32,000 bases of DNA, taken from an archaeon. GTDB taxonomy: Archaea > Iainarchaeota > Iainarchaeia > Iainarchaeales > CSSED10-239. Every line of letters begins with the position of its first letter. Position 1 is the stretch's first letter. The position numbers and the translations under genes were made by a program. The notes beneath the pieces are model-generated. The model saw only the letters and a program-made list of their open reading frames with translations. It did not search any database and had not been told where the DNA came from. This document shows positions 1 to 11,536 of this stretch, piece after piece. Location of the stretch: positions 6,782 through 38,781 of the forward strand of contig JBAYPN010000006.1 of the NCBI GenBank assembly GCA_041677685.1, in the 5' to 3' direction.

Positions 1-173
1 GTTAAATAAAAATAATTACTTTTTTACACACCTATTTAAAAGATGGCAATTACTATTTCTTTATAAAAAAACTAAGACCTCAAATTAATTTATATATGTT
101 TCTATTAATCTTATAAATATAGAATGTATAAAGAATAATAAGAAAAAAATAATCTTTTTTAGAGGAAAAGAAA

Positions 174-1319
174 ATGGATATTAAAAAAAGCAAAAGCCCA
201 AGAACACTTAAAGAAATTAAAAATAAATCTAAAGAACCTAAACACTTTCAATTTACAACAACTAAAGATATTAAAAAAGAAGTTAGAAAGAAAGGTGGGC
301 CTTTAAACAAAGAACTAATTGAAGAAAAAGAAGAAGCTTATAAACAACAACAAAAAGAACTAAAGCCAAAAAAAAACTTAAAATATTTATTTTTTAAAAT
401 CTTAAACAAAATTAGAGACATTCCTTCTAAATTCTCAAATGACCTGCCATATAACCTAAAATCTTTATATTGGGGAATACTTGGGACAATGGTTGGTTTT
501 GGATTTGCAATATTGCTGTTTCCAACTAGACCTGGGTTATTTGCTGTTTTTTTCACAACAATCTTTCTAACACCATTTATTCAAAAACAAATTAAGTATA
601 ATGAAATCTTGATTGGAAGAACTGAACAGATTAAAAAAGATGGAGTTACAATTACTAAGTTTCATATAAAGCATGATAGCAAGTTTTCATTTAAAGATTT
701 TTATTTAGAAAATAGAAATATACTTAACACCTATTTAAATTTTTTCTTAGGAATTATGCTTGTAATAATCTGCCTAATAGCAATAATCCCACAATCAACT
801 TCTCAAACCCTTTTTAGTGATCAAGGATGGGATAGTAAATTACTTCCTTCCAAAAATATTGGGTTTGAAGGACAAAATAAAAATTTAGTGTTTGCAGAGA
901 TATTTACTAACAACCTCTCAGTTTTAATTGTAACTTTTGTTATTGCCTTAGTCTTTCCCTTAGGTGCAGCCATGATAATTGTGTGGAATGCTATTTTTTG
1001 GGGGGTTGTCTTTACTCAGTATGCTTTAACTTATAGTTCTTTATACTCTGTTGCCTTTGTAAGTGTTCTTTTGCCCTTACTATTAAGCGTAGCAACACAT
1101 ATGATTTTAGAGATAATTAGTTATTTCTTTGGAGCAATGAGTGGAAACTTACTTGCAATTGGGTTTAAAAGAGAAAAATTGGATTCTGAAAGATTGTTTA
1201 AGGTCATAAAGTACTGCACAATCCTTTTGTTGTTTGGGCTTGGTTTTTTGTTCCTTGGAATCTTTACAGAGGTTTATTTGTTTGATTTTTTAAAGAATTT
1301 CTTTTTTGGATTATTTTAA
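174..1319 (+). CDS. SpoIIM-like (DUF95-type) polytopic membrane protein with Lys/Glu-rich N-terminal extension
   Basis: 381-aa ORF; ATG 174 with AGAGGA 7 nt upstream. About 100 aa of K/E-rich soluble head, then several hydrophobic helices. Core FAEIFTNNLSVLIVTFVIALVFPLGAAMIIVWNAIFWG resembles the stage II sporulation protein M family signature (recognised from memory, not searched). Confidence 0.6.
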   Translation: MDIKKSKSPRTLKEIKNKSKEPKHFQFTTTKDIKKEVRKKGGPLNKELIEEKEEAYKQQQKELKPKKNLKYLFFKILNKIRDIPSKFSNDLPYNLKSLYWGILGTMVGFGFAILLFPTRPGLFAVFFTTIFLTPFIQKQIKYNEILIGRTEQIKKDGVTITKFHIKHDSKFSFKDFYLENRNILNTYLNFFLGIMLVIICLIAIIPQSTSQTLFSDQGWDSKLLPSKNIGFEGQNKNLVFAEIFTNNLSVLIVTFVIALVFPLGAAMIIVWNAIFWGVVFTQYALTYSSLYSVAFVSVLLPLLLSVATHMILEIISYFFGAMSGNLLAIGFKREKLDSERLFKVIKYCTILLLFGLGFLFLGIFTEVYLFDFLKNFFFGLF

Positions 1320-1420
1320 ATTAAAATTATGTTTAAAAAATAAAAACTAGAAAAGAAAAAATTTAGAAAATTAAAATTAAGAATTAAAAGAGAATTGAAA
1401 AAATTAAAAGAAAAAAGAAA

Positions 1421-2590
1421 CTAATCAATAAGATATTTTGAGTATCTTTTTAAAATATCTTTTTTGGTTTCCTTCTCTTCTAGAGCTGACAAGTTTTTAA
1501 TTAACTTTTTATAATCTGAAGAAAGTTTACTTGGAACCTCAACAACTACTTTTACAAACAAAGATCCGTAGTTTCCACCTCTATTAACATCAGGTAAACC
1601 CTTTCCTTTTAATTTAAAAATAGTGTTTGGTTTTGTAGATGAAGGAACTTTAACTTTTAATTTGTCACCAAAGAAATTTAATTTAAAAGTTGTTCCTAAA
1701 ACAAAGTCTGAGTAAGGTAAAGGCAATTCACAAAATAGATCTCTATCCTCTCTTTTATAAAATTCATGTTCTTTAACACTTATTCTTAAAAATAAGTCTC
1801 CTTTTTCGTTTGAGTGATTGTGACCTTTCTCTCTTAACTTAATTACATCTTGGGTGTTTATTCCTGCTGGGATGTCAACTGTTAATATTTTTTTTACCTT
1901 TACATAGCCTTTTGCTGAACAACTACTACAAGGGTCATCAATTATTGTTCCTTTACCTTTACATGTTGGACAAATTGATTCTACAGAAAACATTCCAAAA
2001 GGAGTTCTTTTTGAGTTTAAGACTCTTCCTTGTCCTTTACAGGTAGAACAGGTTTTTGGATTTTTACTTTTTGAACCAGTACCATCACACTCGCTACAAA
2101 AGTCATCGACATAGATTTCTATTTTTTTCTTTCCGCCTTTTACAGCAGTTTCAAAATCTAAATCTAAATTATGAACAATATCTAAATTTTCTTGAGAAGA
2201 TTGTCTTTTTCTTCTACCTCCTGAAAACCTTGAAAAGATATTGTCTTCATCATCCATAAATGAGGAGAAGATGTCTGAGAAATTGAAGTCTTGAGTTCCA
2301 AAGCCATGAGCTCCAAATCCACGAGTACTAAAGCCTGAAAAGCCTTGGTCATTTGCTCCTGCCTGTCCACTTGCACCAGCTTGACCAAAGTGATCATATT
2401 GTTGTCTTTTTTGTGGATCAGAAAGAACTGAATAAGCATTACTTATTTCTTTAAATTTTTCTTGATCTGCATTTAGACCAGCTAAGTCAGGGTGATGCTT
2501 TCTTGCTAGTTGTTTGTAAGCAGCTTTTATTTCTTCAGGAGTTGCATTTCTTGAAACTCCTAAAATCTCATAGTAATCTTTTTCAGCCAT
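1421..2590 (-). CDS. dnaJ: Molecular chaperone DnaJ (Hsp40, type I)
   Basis: J-domain DYYEILGV...HHPD; G/F-rich linker; four CxxCxGxG zinc motifs ([32 protein letters not shown]); C-terminal substrate-binding domains. Last gene of the grpE-dnaK-dnaJ order. Confidence 0.95.
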   Translation of the reverse strand: MAEKDYYEILGVSRNATPEEIKAAYKQLARKHHPDLAGLNADQEKFKEISNAYSVLSDPQKRQQYDHFGQAGASGQAGANDQGFSGFSTRGFGAHGFGTQDFNFSDIFSSFMDDEDNIFSRFSGGRRKRQSSQENLDIVHNLDLDFETAVKGGKKKIEIYVDDFCSECDGTGSKSKNPKTCSTCKGQGRVLNSKRTPFGMFSVESICPTCKGKGTIIDDPCSSCSAKGYVKVKKILTVDIPAGINTQDVIKLREKGHNHSNEKGDLFLRISVKEHEFYKREDRDLFCELPLPYSDFVLGTTFKLNFFGDKLKVKVPSSTKPNTIFKLKGKGLPDVNRGGNYGSLFVKVVVEVPSKLSSDYKKLIKNLSALEEKETKKDILKRYSKYLID

Positions 2591-2633
2591 AATTTCTCAA
2601 ATAAATTTTAAATTGTTTTAAAATAGAAAGATT

Positions 2634-2670
2634 GAAGAGGGAAGGAAATTAAAAAAATGCCTATCCCCTT
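2634..2670 (-). promoter_or_regulatory. Possible imperfect hairpin between dnaK stop and dnaJ start (attenuator/processing site?)
   Basis: On the transcribed strand AAGGGGATAGG-N14-CCTTCCCTCTT can pair (about 9 of 11 positions including one G-U). It is one of the few G/C-rich patches in a non-coding gap. No energy calculation was done. Confidence 0.2.
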
Positions 2671-2687
2671 TTTTACTTTATTGCTTT

Positions 2688-5272
<2,585 letters not shown>

Positions 5273-5416
5273 AAATACACCTTTTTATATTGAATATTAA
5301 AATTCGCTAACACAAAATAAATATGAAACAAAAATAATAAAATAGTATCGTAGGTAGTATTAAAAGACTTTGCTTTTTTTACTTAATAACAAGTAAATTC
5401 TGTAATTTTTTAAGAA

Positions 5417-5800
5417 CTATTTTTTATTTCTTTTTCTTAAAATTACTTCTAAAAATATTGGTTCTCCTTTTTGGTTATAGGCTTTATAATCTTCAACACC
5501 AAATGGATGATAGGCAATGATATTTACATCCTTTCCTAAAAAGAAGTGAAGATCTGCTCTTGAAGGACCCCCATAACCTGAAGGATGAGAATGAACAGAG
5601 CCTTTTAAAGAGAAAATCATTGGGGACATGTCAAGTCTTAAAACCGCAGAATTTTCATTACTTACTGTTAGAGGTAAAAAATAGATCTCTTCAATAATGT
5701 TTTCTGATAAATATAGTAAAGCAGAAAATTCCTTAGGGTAAAATGATTTTGAAAAACCCATAATAGAAAACAAGACATCTTTATATATTTTATAAGTCAT
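5417..5800 (-). CDS. Stand-alone JAMM/MPN+ (Mov34) metalloprotease-domain protein
   Basis: 127 aa. Contains the H-x-H-x7-S-x2-D motif (HSHPSGYGGPSRAD) with an upstream Glu (PKEFSALLY). Confidence 0.8.
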   Translation of the reverse strand: MTYKIYKDVLFSIMGFSKSFYPKEFSALLYLSENIIEEIYFLPLTVSNENSAVLRLDMSPMIFSLKGSVHSHPSGYGGPSRADLHFFLGKDVNIIAYHPFGVEDYKAYNQKGEPIFLEVILRKRNKK

Positions 5801-5878
5801 AGAAATATATAAAAGTGCAAAGATTATATATATATTTGTAATCTTTATAAAAATTAAATTAATTAAGAGGGAATAACT

Positions 5879-6613
5879 ATGAATGATTTTGGACTTGTTA
5901 CAGGAGCAACTAGTGGAATTGGAATGGAGTATGTTTATGAACTTGCAAAAAGAAAATATAATTTGATTGTTGTTGGGAGAAGGGAAGAGTTGTTAAAATC
6001 TCTTAAAAAAGACTTAGAAAAAAAATATAAAATTAAAGTTGTTTATTTTAAAATAGATTTATCTTTAGAAAAAGATCTAAAAATATTAGAAAATAAGATA
6101 AAAAAATATGATATTACTTTTTTAGTTAATGCTGCTGGCTTTGGTTCAGGTAATTTTTTTACATCAACCCCACTAGACTTTTCTAAGGGTATGGTTAATG
6201 TGCATGTTCTTTCTACAGTCACACTTTGTAAAGTTGTTTTAGAGAAAATGATTCTTAAAAATAAAGGAACAATAATTAATATCTCTTCAATTGCTTCTTA
6301 CCTTACAGACCCAAAAAGTTTTGCATTATATAATTCTACAAAATCAGATGTTAGAGTTTTTTCTGTAACTTTACAAAGAGAATTAAAACTTTTAAAAAAG
6401 AATATAAAGATACAAGCACTTACTCCTGGGCTAGTTAGAACTAACTTTCATATGATGAGAGGGGGAAACACTTATGACAGATATCCTGAGTTTATGTGGA
6501 TGAATGTAAGAGAAGTTGTAGGATGTTCTTTTAAATCTTTAAAAAAGAAAAAAGTAATTTGTGTTCCTGGTTTTTTAAATAAGATAATTGTTTTTATATT
6601 AAAAATATTTTAG
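5879..6613 (+). CDS. Short-chain dehydrogenase/reductase (classical SDR)
   Basis: TGATSGIG cofactor motif at the N-terminus, NAAG, and catalytic YNSTK (YxxxK). AGAGGGA lies upstream of the ATG. Confidence 0.9.
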   Translation: MNDFGLVTGATSGIGMEYVYELAKRKYNLIVVGRREELLKSLKKDLEKKYKIKVVYFKIDLSLEKDLKILENKIKKYDITFLVNAAGFGSGNFFTSTPLDFSKGMVNVHVLSTVTLCKVVLEKMILKNKGTIINISSIASYLTDPKSFALYNSTKSDVRVFSVTLQRELKLLKKNIKIQALTPGLVRTNFHMMRGGNTYDRYPEFMWMNVREVVGCSFKSLKKKKVICVPGFLNKIIVFILKIF

Positions 6614-7791
6614 ATGTAGAAAAGTAAAGTTGGAAACATAATGTAAGCCATTAACACAACTTTTGGTTTATTAAAGACAATTGGTAGAAAACCAATGGAG
6701 ATACTTAATAACAATAATGGAACTGATTTTAGACCAGCAAAGCCTAAAACAATTGCTAAAGAAACAATTAGAATTATTATATTTAATATAAATAAATTAG
6801 AAGAGTTTACAAAATCTATAATTTTGTCTATAAACAAATATATTAGAAGAACAACTAGACATACACAAACAACAATTATTAAAGAATCATAGAAAAAATT
6901 GTAGGCGCTTGGTAATAAATTACTATTTTGTAAAATTGCAATATATCCTAACCTTGGTTTAAAAAAATTAATTGCTAAGTATATGGAGAAAATAAAAGCA
7001 CTTATACTTATACTTGAATAAAGAACTATATATTCATTGTTCTTTAATTTCTTTAAAAACTTGTTAACAATTGTTCCTGCTTGAGAAGAACTAAAGGAAG
7101 GAATTAAAATTATAAACAAGGCAGAAAGACTACCTACAAAAGAATAAAATAAAGATCTTTTTGGGAAACTTCTAACAGATTTTGATTGCTTTACAAAACT
7201 TTCTTTGTTAAACAAAGACATTATTAATATTGGAAAAGCAAACAACCCTGACACACAAACAATCAATGGGTCTTTAAAAAAGAAATTATATTTTAAAGTA
7301 AAAATCCCAAGAGTGCCAGAAACACAGATTATAAAAAACATAATGGCTCTTGACCTTAAAGTTTTTTCTTGAAAAATAAATAATAATAAAACTATTAATA
7401 TTGCTAAAGCTATAAACCAATAAATTTGGAAGAAAAAAGAAAAAAGAAGAAACAAGAAAGGTAAAAAAACAACTGAAAAGATTGCTCCGAAAAAAGAACC
7501 AACCAAGCATAAAAAAATACCAGTTTTACTTTCTCCTTTTTGAAAAAACTTCAAAAGAGGAAAGATGTGCATAATTGTTGATTCGGTCGGAATCCCAAAT
7601 AAAGCTGTTGGGATATAGCTTGTTATTAAGTGAGACAAACCAATACACAAAAACAAAACAAAATGATCATGAAACACAGTAAAAAAAGAAGTTAGTAAAA
7701 AAACATAACCTAAAACATTAACATGTAAATTTGGAATTAATCCAAAAATAAAACCAATTGCAATTCCTAAAATTATATCTACAAAAATCAT
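6610..7791 (-). CDS. Polytopic membrane protein, DUF112/TctA-like (archaeal COG1784-type)
   Basis: 393 aa, 10 or more hydrophobic helices. N-terminal GLIPNLHVN and SHLITSYIPTALFGIPTEST resemble conserved motifs of archaeal DUF112 proteins (from memory). The start overlaps the upstream gene's stop as ATGA (7788-7791). Confidence 0.6.
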   Translation of the reverse strand: MIFVDIILGIAIGFIFGLIPNLHVNVLGYVFLLTSFFTVFHDHFVLFLCIGLSHLITSYIPTALFGIPTESTIMHIFPLLKFFQKGESKTGIFLCLVGSFFGAIFSVVFLPFLFLLFSFFFQIYWFIALAILIVLLLFIFQEKTLRSRAIMFFIICVSGTLGIFTLKYNFFFKDPLIVCVSGLFAFPILIMSLFNKESFVKQSKSVRSFPKRSLFYSFVGSLSALFIILIPSFSSSQAGTIVNKFLKKLKNNEYIVLYSSISISAFIFSIYLAINFFKPRLGYIAILQNSNLLPSAYNFFYDSLIIVVCVCLVVLLIYLFIDKIIDFVNSSNLFILNIIILIVSLAIVLGFAGLKSVPLLLLSISIGFLPIVFNKPKVVLMAYIMFPTLLFYI

Positions 7792-8156
7792 GTTTTTTCA
7801 AAATTGTAAACTATCAACTCAGGTTCAGAATTGTAAATTGTGTATTTTCCTTTCAGACAAATTTTTTCATAATTTAAATAATTTGAATTTAAAGTTGTAT
7901 ATTCTTTTTTAGAAATACTAAATATTACTGCATCTAAACAAACTGATCTATCACAGATTTTAAAAAACAAATTATTATTTTTTAATTCTAATTGTTTTAA
8001 ATTCCCACAAACAATAACCACTTTTTCTAAAGACTCAGAATTGTCTTTAGTTAGATCTAAGGTCTTAGAAACATATGTCTTTGAAAATAAAATTAAAAGC
8101 AAGATACCAATTATTGATACAAAAATAACTAATCTTTTAAAAAATAAGCTATTCAT
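7788..8156 (-). CDS. Membrane-anchored putative OB-fold protein
   Basis: 122 aa. One N-terminal TM helix preceded by K/R (predicts N-in, C-out). The remainder shows the beta-strand pattern of tRNA_anti/ComEC-type OB-folds: VVIVCGNLKQLEL..LFFKICDRSVCLDAVIF...KICLKGKYTIYNSEPELIVYNFE. ATGA overlaps at both ends. Confidence 0.45.
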   Translation of the reverse strand: MNSLFFKRLVIFVSIIGILLLILFSKTYVSKTLDLTKDNSESLEKVVIVCGNLKQLELKNNNLFFKICDRSVCLDAVIFSISKKEYTTLNSNYLNYEKICLKGKYTIYNSEPELIVYNFEKT

Positions 8157-8656
8157 TCTTTATCAAGCTTTACTTCCTTAATTATTTTTATTGGTTTTTT
8201 ATTTATTGGAAACTTACTTAACTCCAATAACACTAAAGCATCTTTTTTATATTTTCTTCTAGTCTTAATGTCATAGATTTTTTTAGACTTATAAAAAGAG
8301 TCTGTGATCTTTACTTGAACAGATGTTGTCTTACTTGAGACTACAACTCCATAAGTAATATTAAATAAAACTTTATATAAGTAAAAGTAAATTACAACTA
8401 AACAAATAAACACCATAACAAAATAGATGTTATTTACGTAACCTAAGATTATGAATAATACTAAAATTGAACATAACCCATAACCTATATAATTATACTT
8501 TGGTAAAATTAGATTATATTCTTCTTTTTCTTTAATAACAAATAGATACAATAAGACTACAAATAATATTTTTAAAAACAAATAACCTGGCAATAATAAA
8601 TTAACAATTACTCCAAATAAAAAAATTAATTCTAAATATAATAAATGCTTGTCCAT
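8153..8656 (-). CDS. Hypothetical membrane protein (about 4 TM helices plus a basic beta-rich C-terminal tail)
   Basis: 167-aa ORF. It lies 16 bp downstream of the last pilin-like gene and is coupled to the next gene by an ATGA overlap. No family recognised. Confidence 0.6.
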   Translation of the reverse strand: MDKHLLYLELIFLFGVIVNLLLPGYLFLKILFVVLLYLFVIKEKEEYNLILPKYNYIGYGLCSILVLFIILGYVNNIYFVMVFICLVVIYFYLYKVLFNITYGVVVSSKTTSVQVKITDSFYKSKKIYDIKTRRKYKKDALVLLELSKFPINKKPIKIIKEVKLDKE

Positions 8657-8672
8657 AATATACTTTCCTTTT

Positions 8673-9026
8673 TTAATTTAAATATGAGATGTTAACTATT
8701 GTTTCATCAAACTTAGTAACTTTGTTTATTTTGTCAATAACATCTGTATAGTTAGATTCGTCTATTAGTTCCTCTGTTGTGTTAATCTTTTGTAGATAGA
8801 CATCAAAGGTAATTTTTTTGTCTTCTGTTATGTAATTTATTTTCTGTATAACAAAGGAATTGTCTGAAAGACTTATTAACTCTAAAGTTCTATTTTTTAT
8901 TTTTGAAATTCCAACATTAACATCAAAAGTAATGTATAGAGAAGAGATGTAAGCTAAAGATAATATAAAAACAACTGCAAGAATTATTAAAAATTCTACA
9001 CTAGTTTGCCCTTTATACGAAAACAT
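8673..9026 (-). CDS. Class III signal-peptide (type IV pilin-like) protein
   Basis: N-terminus MFSYKG|QTSVEFLIILAVVFILSLAYI: short basic leader, Q at +1, E at +5, then a hydrophobic helix. Overlaps the upstream pilin-like gene by 14 bp. Confidence 0.75.
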   Translation of the reverse strand: MFSYKGQTSVEFLIILAVVFILSLAYISSLYITFDVNVGISKIKNRTLELISLSDNSFVIQKINYITEDKKITFDVYLQKINTTEELIDESNYTDVIDKINKVTKFDETIVNISYLN

Positions 9027-9492
9027 CTATATCTCCTGTTGTTTCATTTTTTTCAATAGTTATGTAACCACCAAAGCCAGGACCAATTGAATCACAAGAG
9101 ATGTTGGAATCTCCAATGTACAATATTTTTTCAAAAGTACAAATGCTTGTGTCATTATCACAATTTGCTATTGCAGGTTTTGGGTTCTGGCTAGAAATCA
9201 TAACCTCATAAGTTATTTTTTTTGTAGTTGAGTCACAACCAACAATCTTTGAAGTTACTGGTAAATAAAAATAAACTGTTCTTTTCCCAAAACCTGAACT
9301 GTTTGAAAAACCTGTAATGTTATCAGCTAAAAGATCAATGTTTTCTTTAGTCTGAGTTAAATTAAAAACATCAGTAACTACGTTTTCTGAAAATTGAGTT
9401 GAGGGCAGTAATATTGATTGAAAAAATAATAAAAAAATAGCTATAAAAATTATATACTCAATTGCAATCTGTGCTCTTTTATTTCTAATCAT
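9013..9492 (-). CDS. Class III signal-peptide (type IV pilin-like) protein
   Basis: N-terminus MIRNKRA|QIAIEYIIFIAIFLLFF; 159 aa with a Cys-containing globular C-terminal part. Confidence 0.75.
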   Translation of the reverse strand: MIRNKRAQIAIEYIIFIAIFLLFFQSILLPSTQFSENVVTDVFNLTQTKENIDLLADNITGFSNSSGFGKRTVYFYLPVTSKIVGCDSTTKKITYEVMISSQNPKPAIANCDNDTSICTFEKILYIGDSNISCDSIGPGFGGYITIEKNETTGDIDVFV

Positions 9493-9498
9493 ATGTTA

Positions 9499-10620
9499 TC
9501 ACAAAATAATCCAAATTATGTCTCCAAAAATATTTAATAAAATAAAACCTATTAGTATTGAAGGTGTGAAGGGAAGAGACTTTTTAATTCTAATTGTCCT
9601 TCCCACTAAATTATTATTATATGATTCTTTTAAAAATACTATGTCTTTGTTGGTAACTCCTTTTGCATACCTTGAATCAACTATTAACTTTAAATCTTTA
9701 GAAGAATTGAATATTTCTTTGATTGTTTGGAAGAAATTAAGATGTTTGTAGATTACTTTTTTGTTTTTTAAATAGTAATTGTAATATAGAATATCTCCTT
9801 CTTTTAGGTCTGAGAGATTGATGTACTTACTAAAGATGTCTTCTCTAATAACCTTGTAGACAATCATTAACAGAAGAATAATAATAATTGAAACAAGAAT
9901 TGAAATAAAGTTTGAAATAAAAAAAACATTTTTTACAAAAAAAGAATAACCACTAAGCAAGAGATAACAAACACCTAAAAAAATGTAAAAATAACTAATA
10001 GAGTAATCCTTTACTTTATTAAAAAGAAGGAACAGAACAATTGAAAGAATAAAGATTAAAAGATAAGGGGTGTTTAGGTTAAAGATATTTAAAAAACTTG
10101 TAATTAGAAATAACATTAGGGTTGTGTAAATTATATTTTTAAAATTGCTCTTTGTAAAAAACATATCCTTGATTAAAAGATATTTTCTTTTAAAGAATAT
10201 ATGGAAAAAAGAAATTAAAATTAATAGTGGGGCAATTGATAAAACACTTGCAATAAATAAAGTTAAAGAGAAGATAGGTTTAGTAATTATTTCAAAACCT
10301 ATAAACTGACCAATGTAGTTTGGGTTGATTGGGGCAAGAGCAGAGATTGCAACAAGTAGTTTAAAATCTCCACCTGCAAAGATACCAAGTTCCCAAAAGA
10401 TATAAAAGATAACAAAAGAAATTGTGATTGCTAATAAACTAGTTAAGATAAATTTAAATGAATTAAAATAAATTGATTTGAAAATGTTTGTAAAAAGCCC
10501 AATTGCAAATAAAATAAAAATTAGAAAGTTAGGAACAATTCTTTCTTTTATATCATAAATTGAGGCAACTATTAAAAACACTAAAATTATTAAAAAAGAA
10601 AAAATTGTAAAATCAAACAT
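9499..10620 (-). CDS. A24-family aspartyl prepilin peptidase, EppA-like with a large insertion
   Basis: First catalytic Asp in YDIKERIVPN, second in the GxGD-type motif AGGDFKLL. C-terminal LPFTPSILIGF matches the conserved PFxP segment. About 250 aa (extra TM helices plus a soluble segment) lie between GGDFKLL and LPFTP. Confidence 0.85.
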   Translation of the reverse strand: MFDFTIFSFLIILVFLIVASIYDIKERIVPNFLIFILFAIGLFTNIFKSIYFNSFKFILTSLLAITISFVIFYIFWELGIFAGGDFKLLVAISALAPINPNYIGQFIGFEIITKPIFSLTLFIASVLSIAPLLILISFFHIFFKRKYLLIKDMFFTKSNFKNIIYTTLMLFLITSFLNIFNLNTPYLLIFILSIVLFLLFNKVKDYSISYFYIFLGVCYLLLSGYSFFVKNVFFISNFISILVSIIIILLLMIVYKVIREDIFSKYINLSDLKEGDILYYNYYLKNKKVIYKHLNFFQTIKEIFNSSKDLKLIVDSRYAKGVTNKDIVFLKESYNNNLVGRTIRIKKSLPFTPSILIGFILLNIFGDIIWIIL

Positions 10621-10644
10621 ACATAGTCATATAGAAAATAATTT

Positions 10645-10842
10645 TTAAACTAAAGTTGAAAGAATATTATCTCTGTAGGTTAGTATTTTTGCTTTTGCAA
10701 CAGTAATAAAACTATTTAAATTAATAATAACTATGCCTGTTGTAATAACAAGCATCATTCCAAAGATAATCATGATTAGGTATTCTACAGAGATTTGTGC
10801 TTTATTATCATTTAAAATGTTTTTTAATTTTTTTGTAAGCAT
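10645..10842 (-). CDS. Small (Flp-sized) class III signal-peptide pilin-like protein
   Basis: 65 aa: MLTKKLKNILNDNKA|QISVEYLIMIIFGMMLVITTGIVII, followed by a short tail. Confidence 0.7.
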   Translation of the reverse strand: MLTKKLKNILNDNKAQISVEYLIMIIFGMMLVITTGIVIINLNSFITVAKAKILTYRDNILSTLV

Positions 10843-10915
10843 TTTTATCTAGTCTCTTGGTTTTATTTTTGATTTTTTGATTTTGATTCTAACTTTAATT
10901 TAATTTTAATTTAAT

Positions 10916-11383
10916 CTATTGAACTGTACAGTTAAAGGATGGTGTTGAAGGTCTTGATTGAGAATCATTTTTATAAGCAATAACTGAGATTTTGTGTTTT
11001 GTGCCTGCATTTACTTCAGCATTAAAAGTGTGTTCTATTTTTCCTGAGGAATAGTCTAAAAATGTAGTGGCAGTATTTGGTATTAGTACATCATTATCCA
11101 TTTTTATTCTGTAACCTTTTACACGTGGGTCAGAAGCTGGGTTCATGTAAACTATAATTTTACTTGTTTGACAAGAAACAGAAGTAACAATTGGAGGGGT
11201 GATCGTGTTGTCAATCATCATAGCAAACTCATTTTGAGAATCTATTGCACTTTCATTATTTGATTTTCCAATAGAGAGAATCAAAGTAACAACAATAACA
11301 GCAATAACTAATGCCCCACCGATAATAAGAAGATACTCTAAAGCACCTTGTCCTTTTCTCTTTTTATTAAAATTTTCAAACAT
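10916..11383 (-). CDS. Type IV pilin (candidate major or alternative pilin, paralog A)
   Basis: MFENFNKKRKG|QGALEYLLIIGGALVIAVIVV. The C-terminal ~95 aa has a beta-rich, Ig/FN3-like pattern with a Cys pair (SCQ...NCTVQ). Confidence 0.85.
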   Translation of the reverse strand: MFENFNKKRKGQGALEYLLIIGGALVIAVIVVTLILSIGKSNNESAIDSQNEFAMMIDNTITPPIVTSVSCQTSKIIVYMNPASDPRVKGYRIKMDNDVLIPNTATTFLDYSSGKIEHTFNAEVNAGTKHKISVIAYKNDSQSRPSTPSFNCTVQ

Positions 11384-11490
11384 ATTTTTACCTTTAGCTT
11401 AATAATAATTAGATATTATATTTTATATATAGAAGAATATATTTATAAAGATATTCATAACTGTAAAATAAATATTTTAAAAAAATATAA

Positions 11491-11536
11491 AAAAAAGAAA
11501 AAGAAAAAAAAATAATTAATTTTTAAATTAATTATT
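11491..11536 (-). terminator. AT-only hairpin plus oligo-T tract immediately after the pilin paralog B stop
   Basis: AATAATTAATTT/AAATTAATTATT 12-nt arms (11511-11522 and 11525-11536) overlap the TAA stop. On the transcribed strand they are followed by TTTTTTTTTCTTTTTCTTTTTT. Archaeal termination uses oligo-T. The stem is weak (A/T only). Confidence 0.35.

Noticed and set aside
5273-5416. CIRCE/HrcA operator upstream of the bacterial-type grpE-dnaK-dnaJ operon
   Set aside because: Only a half-site-like TTAGCG is present. There is no TTAGCACTC-N9-GAGTGCTAA inverted repeat.
10843-10915. Reiterated TTTGATT and TAATTTAATTT words between pilin paralog A and the small pilin gene
   Set aside because: This is short, imperfect, low-complexity A/T repetition, expected by chance in spacers of this composition. 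It is not a defined repeat unit.
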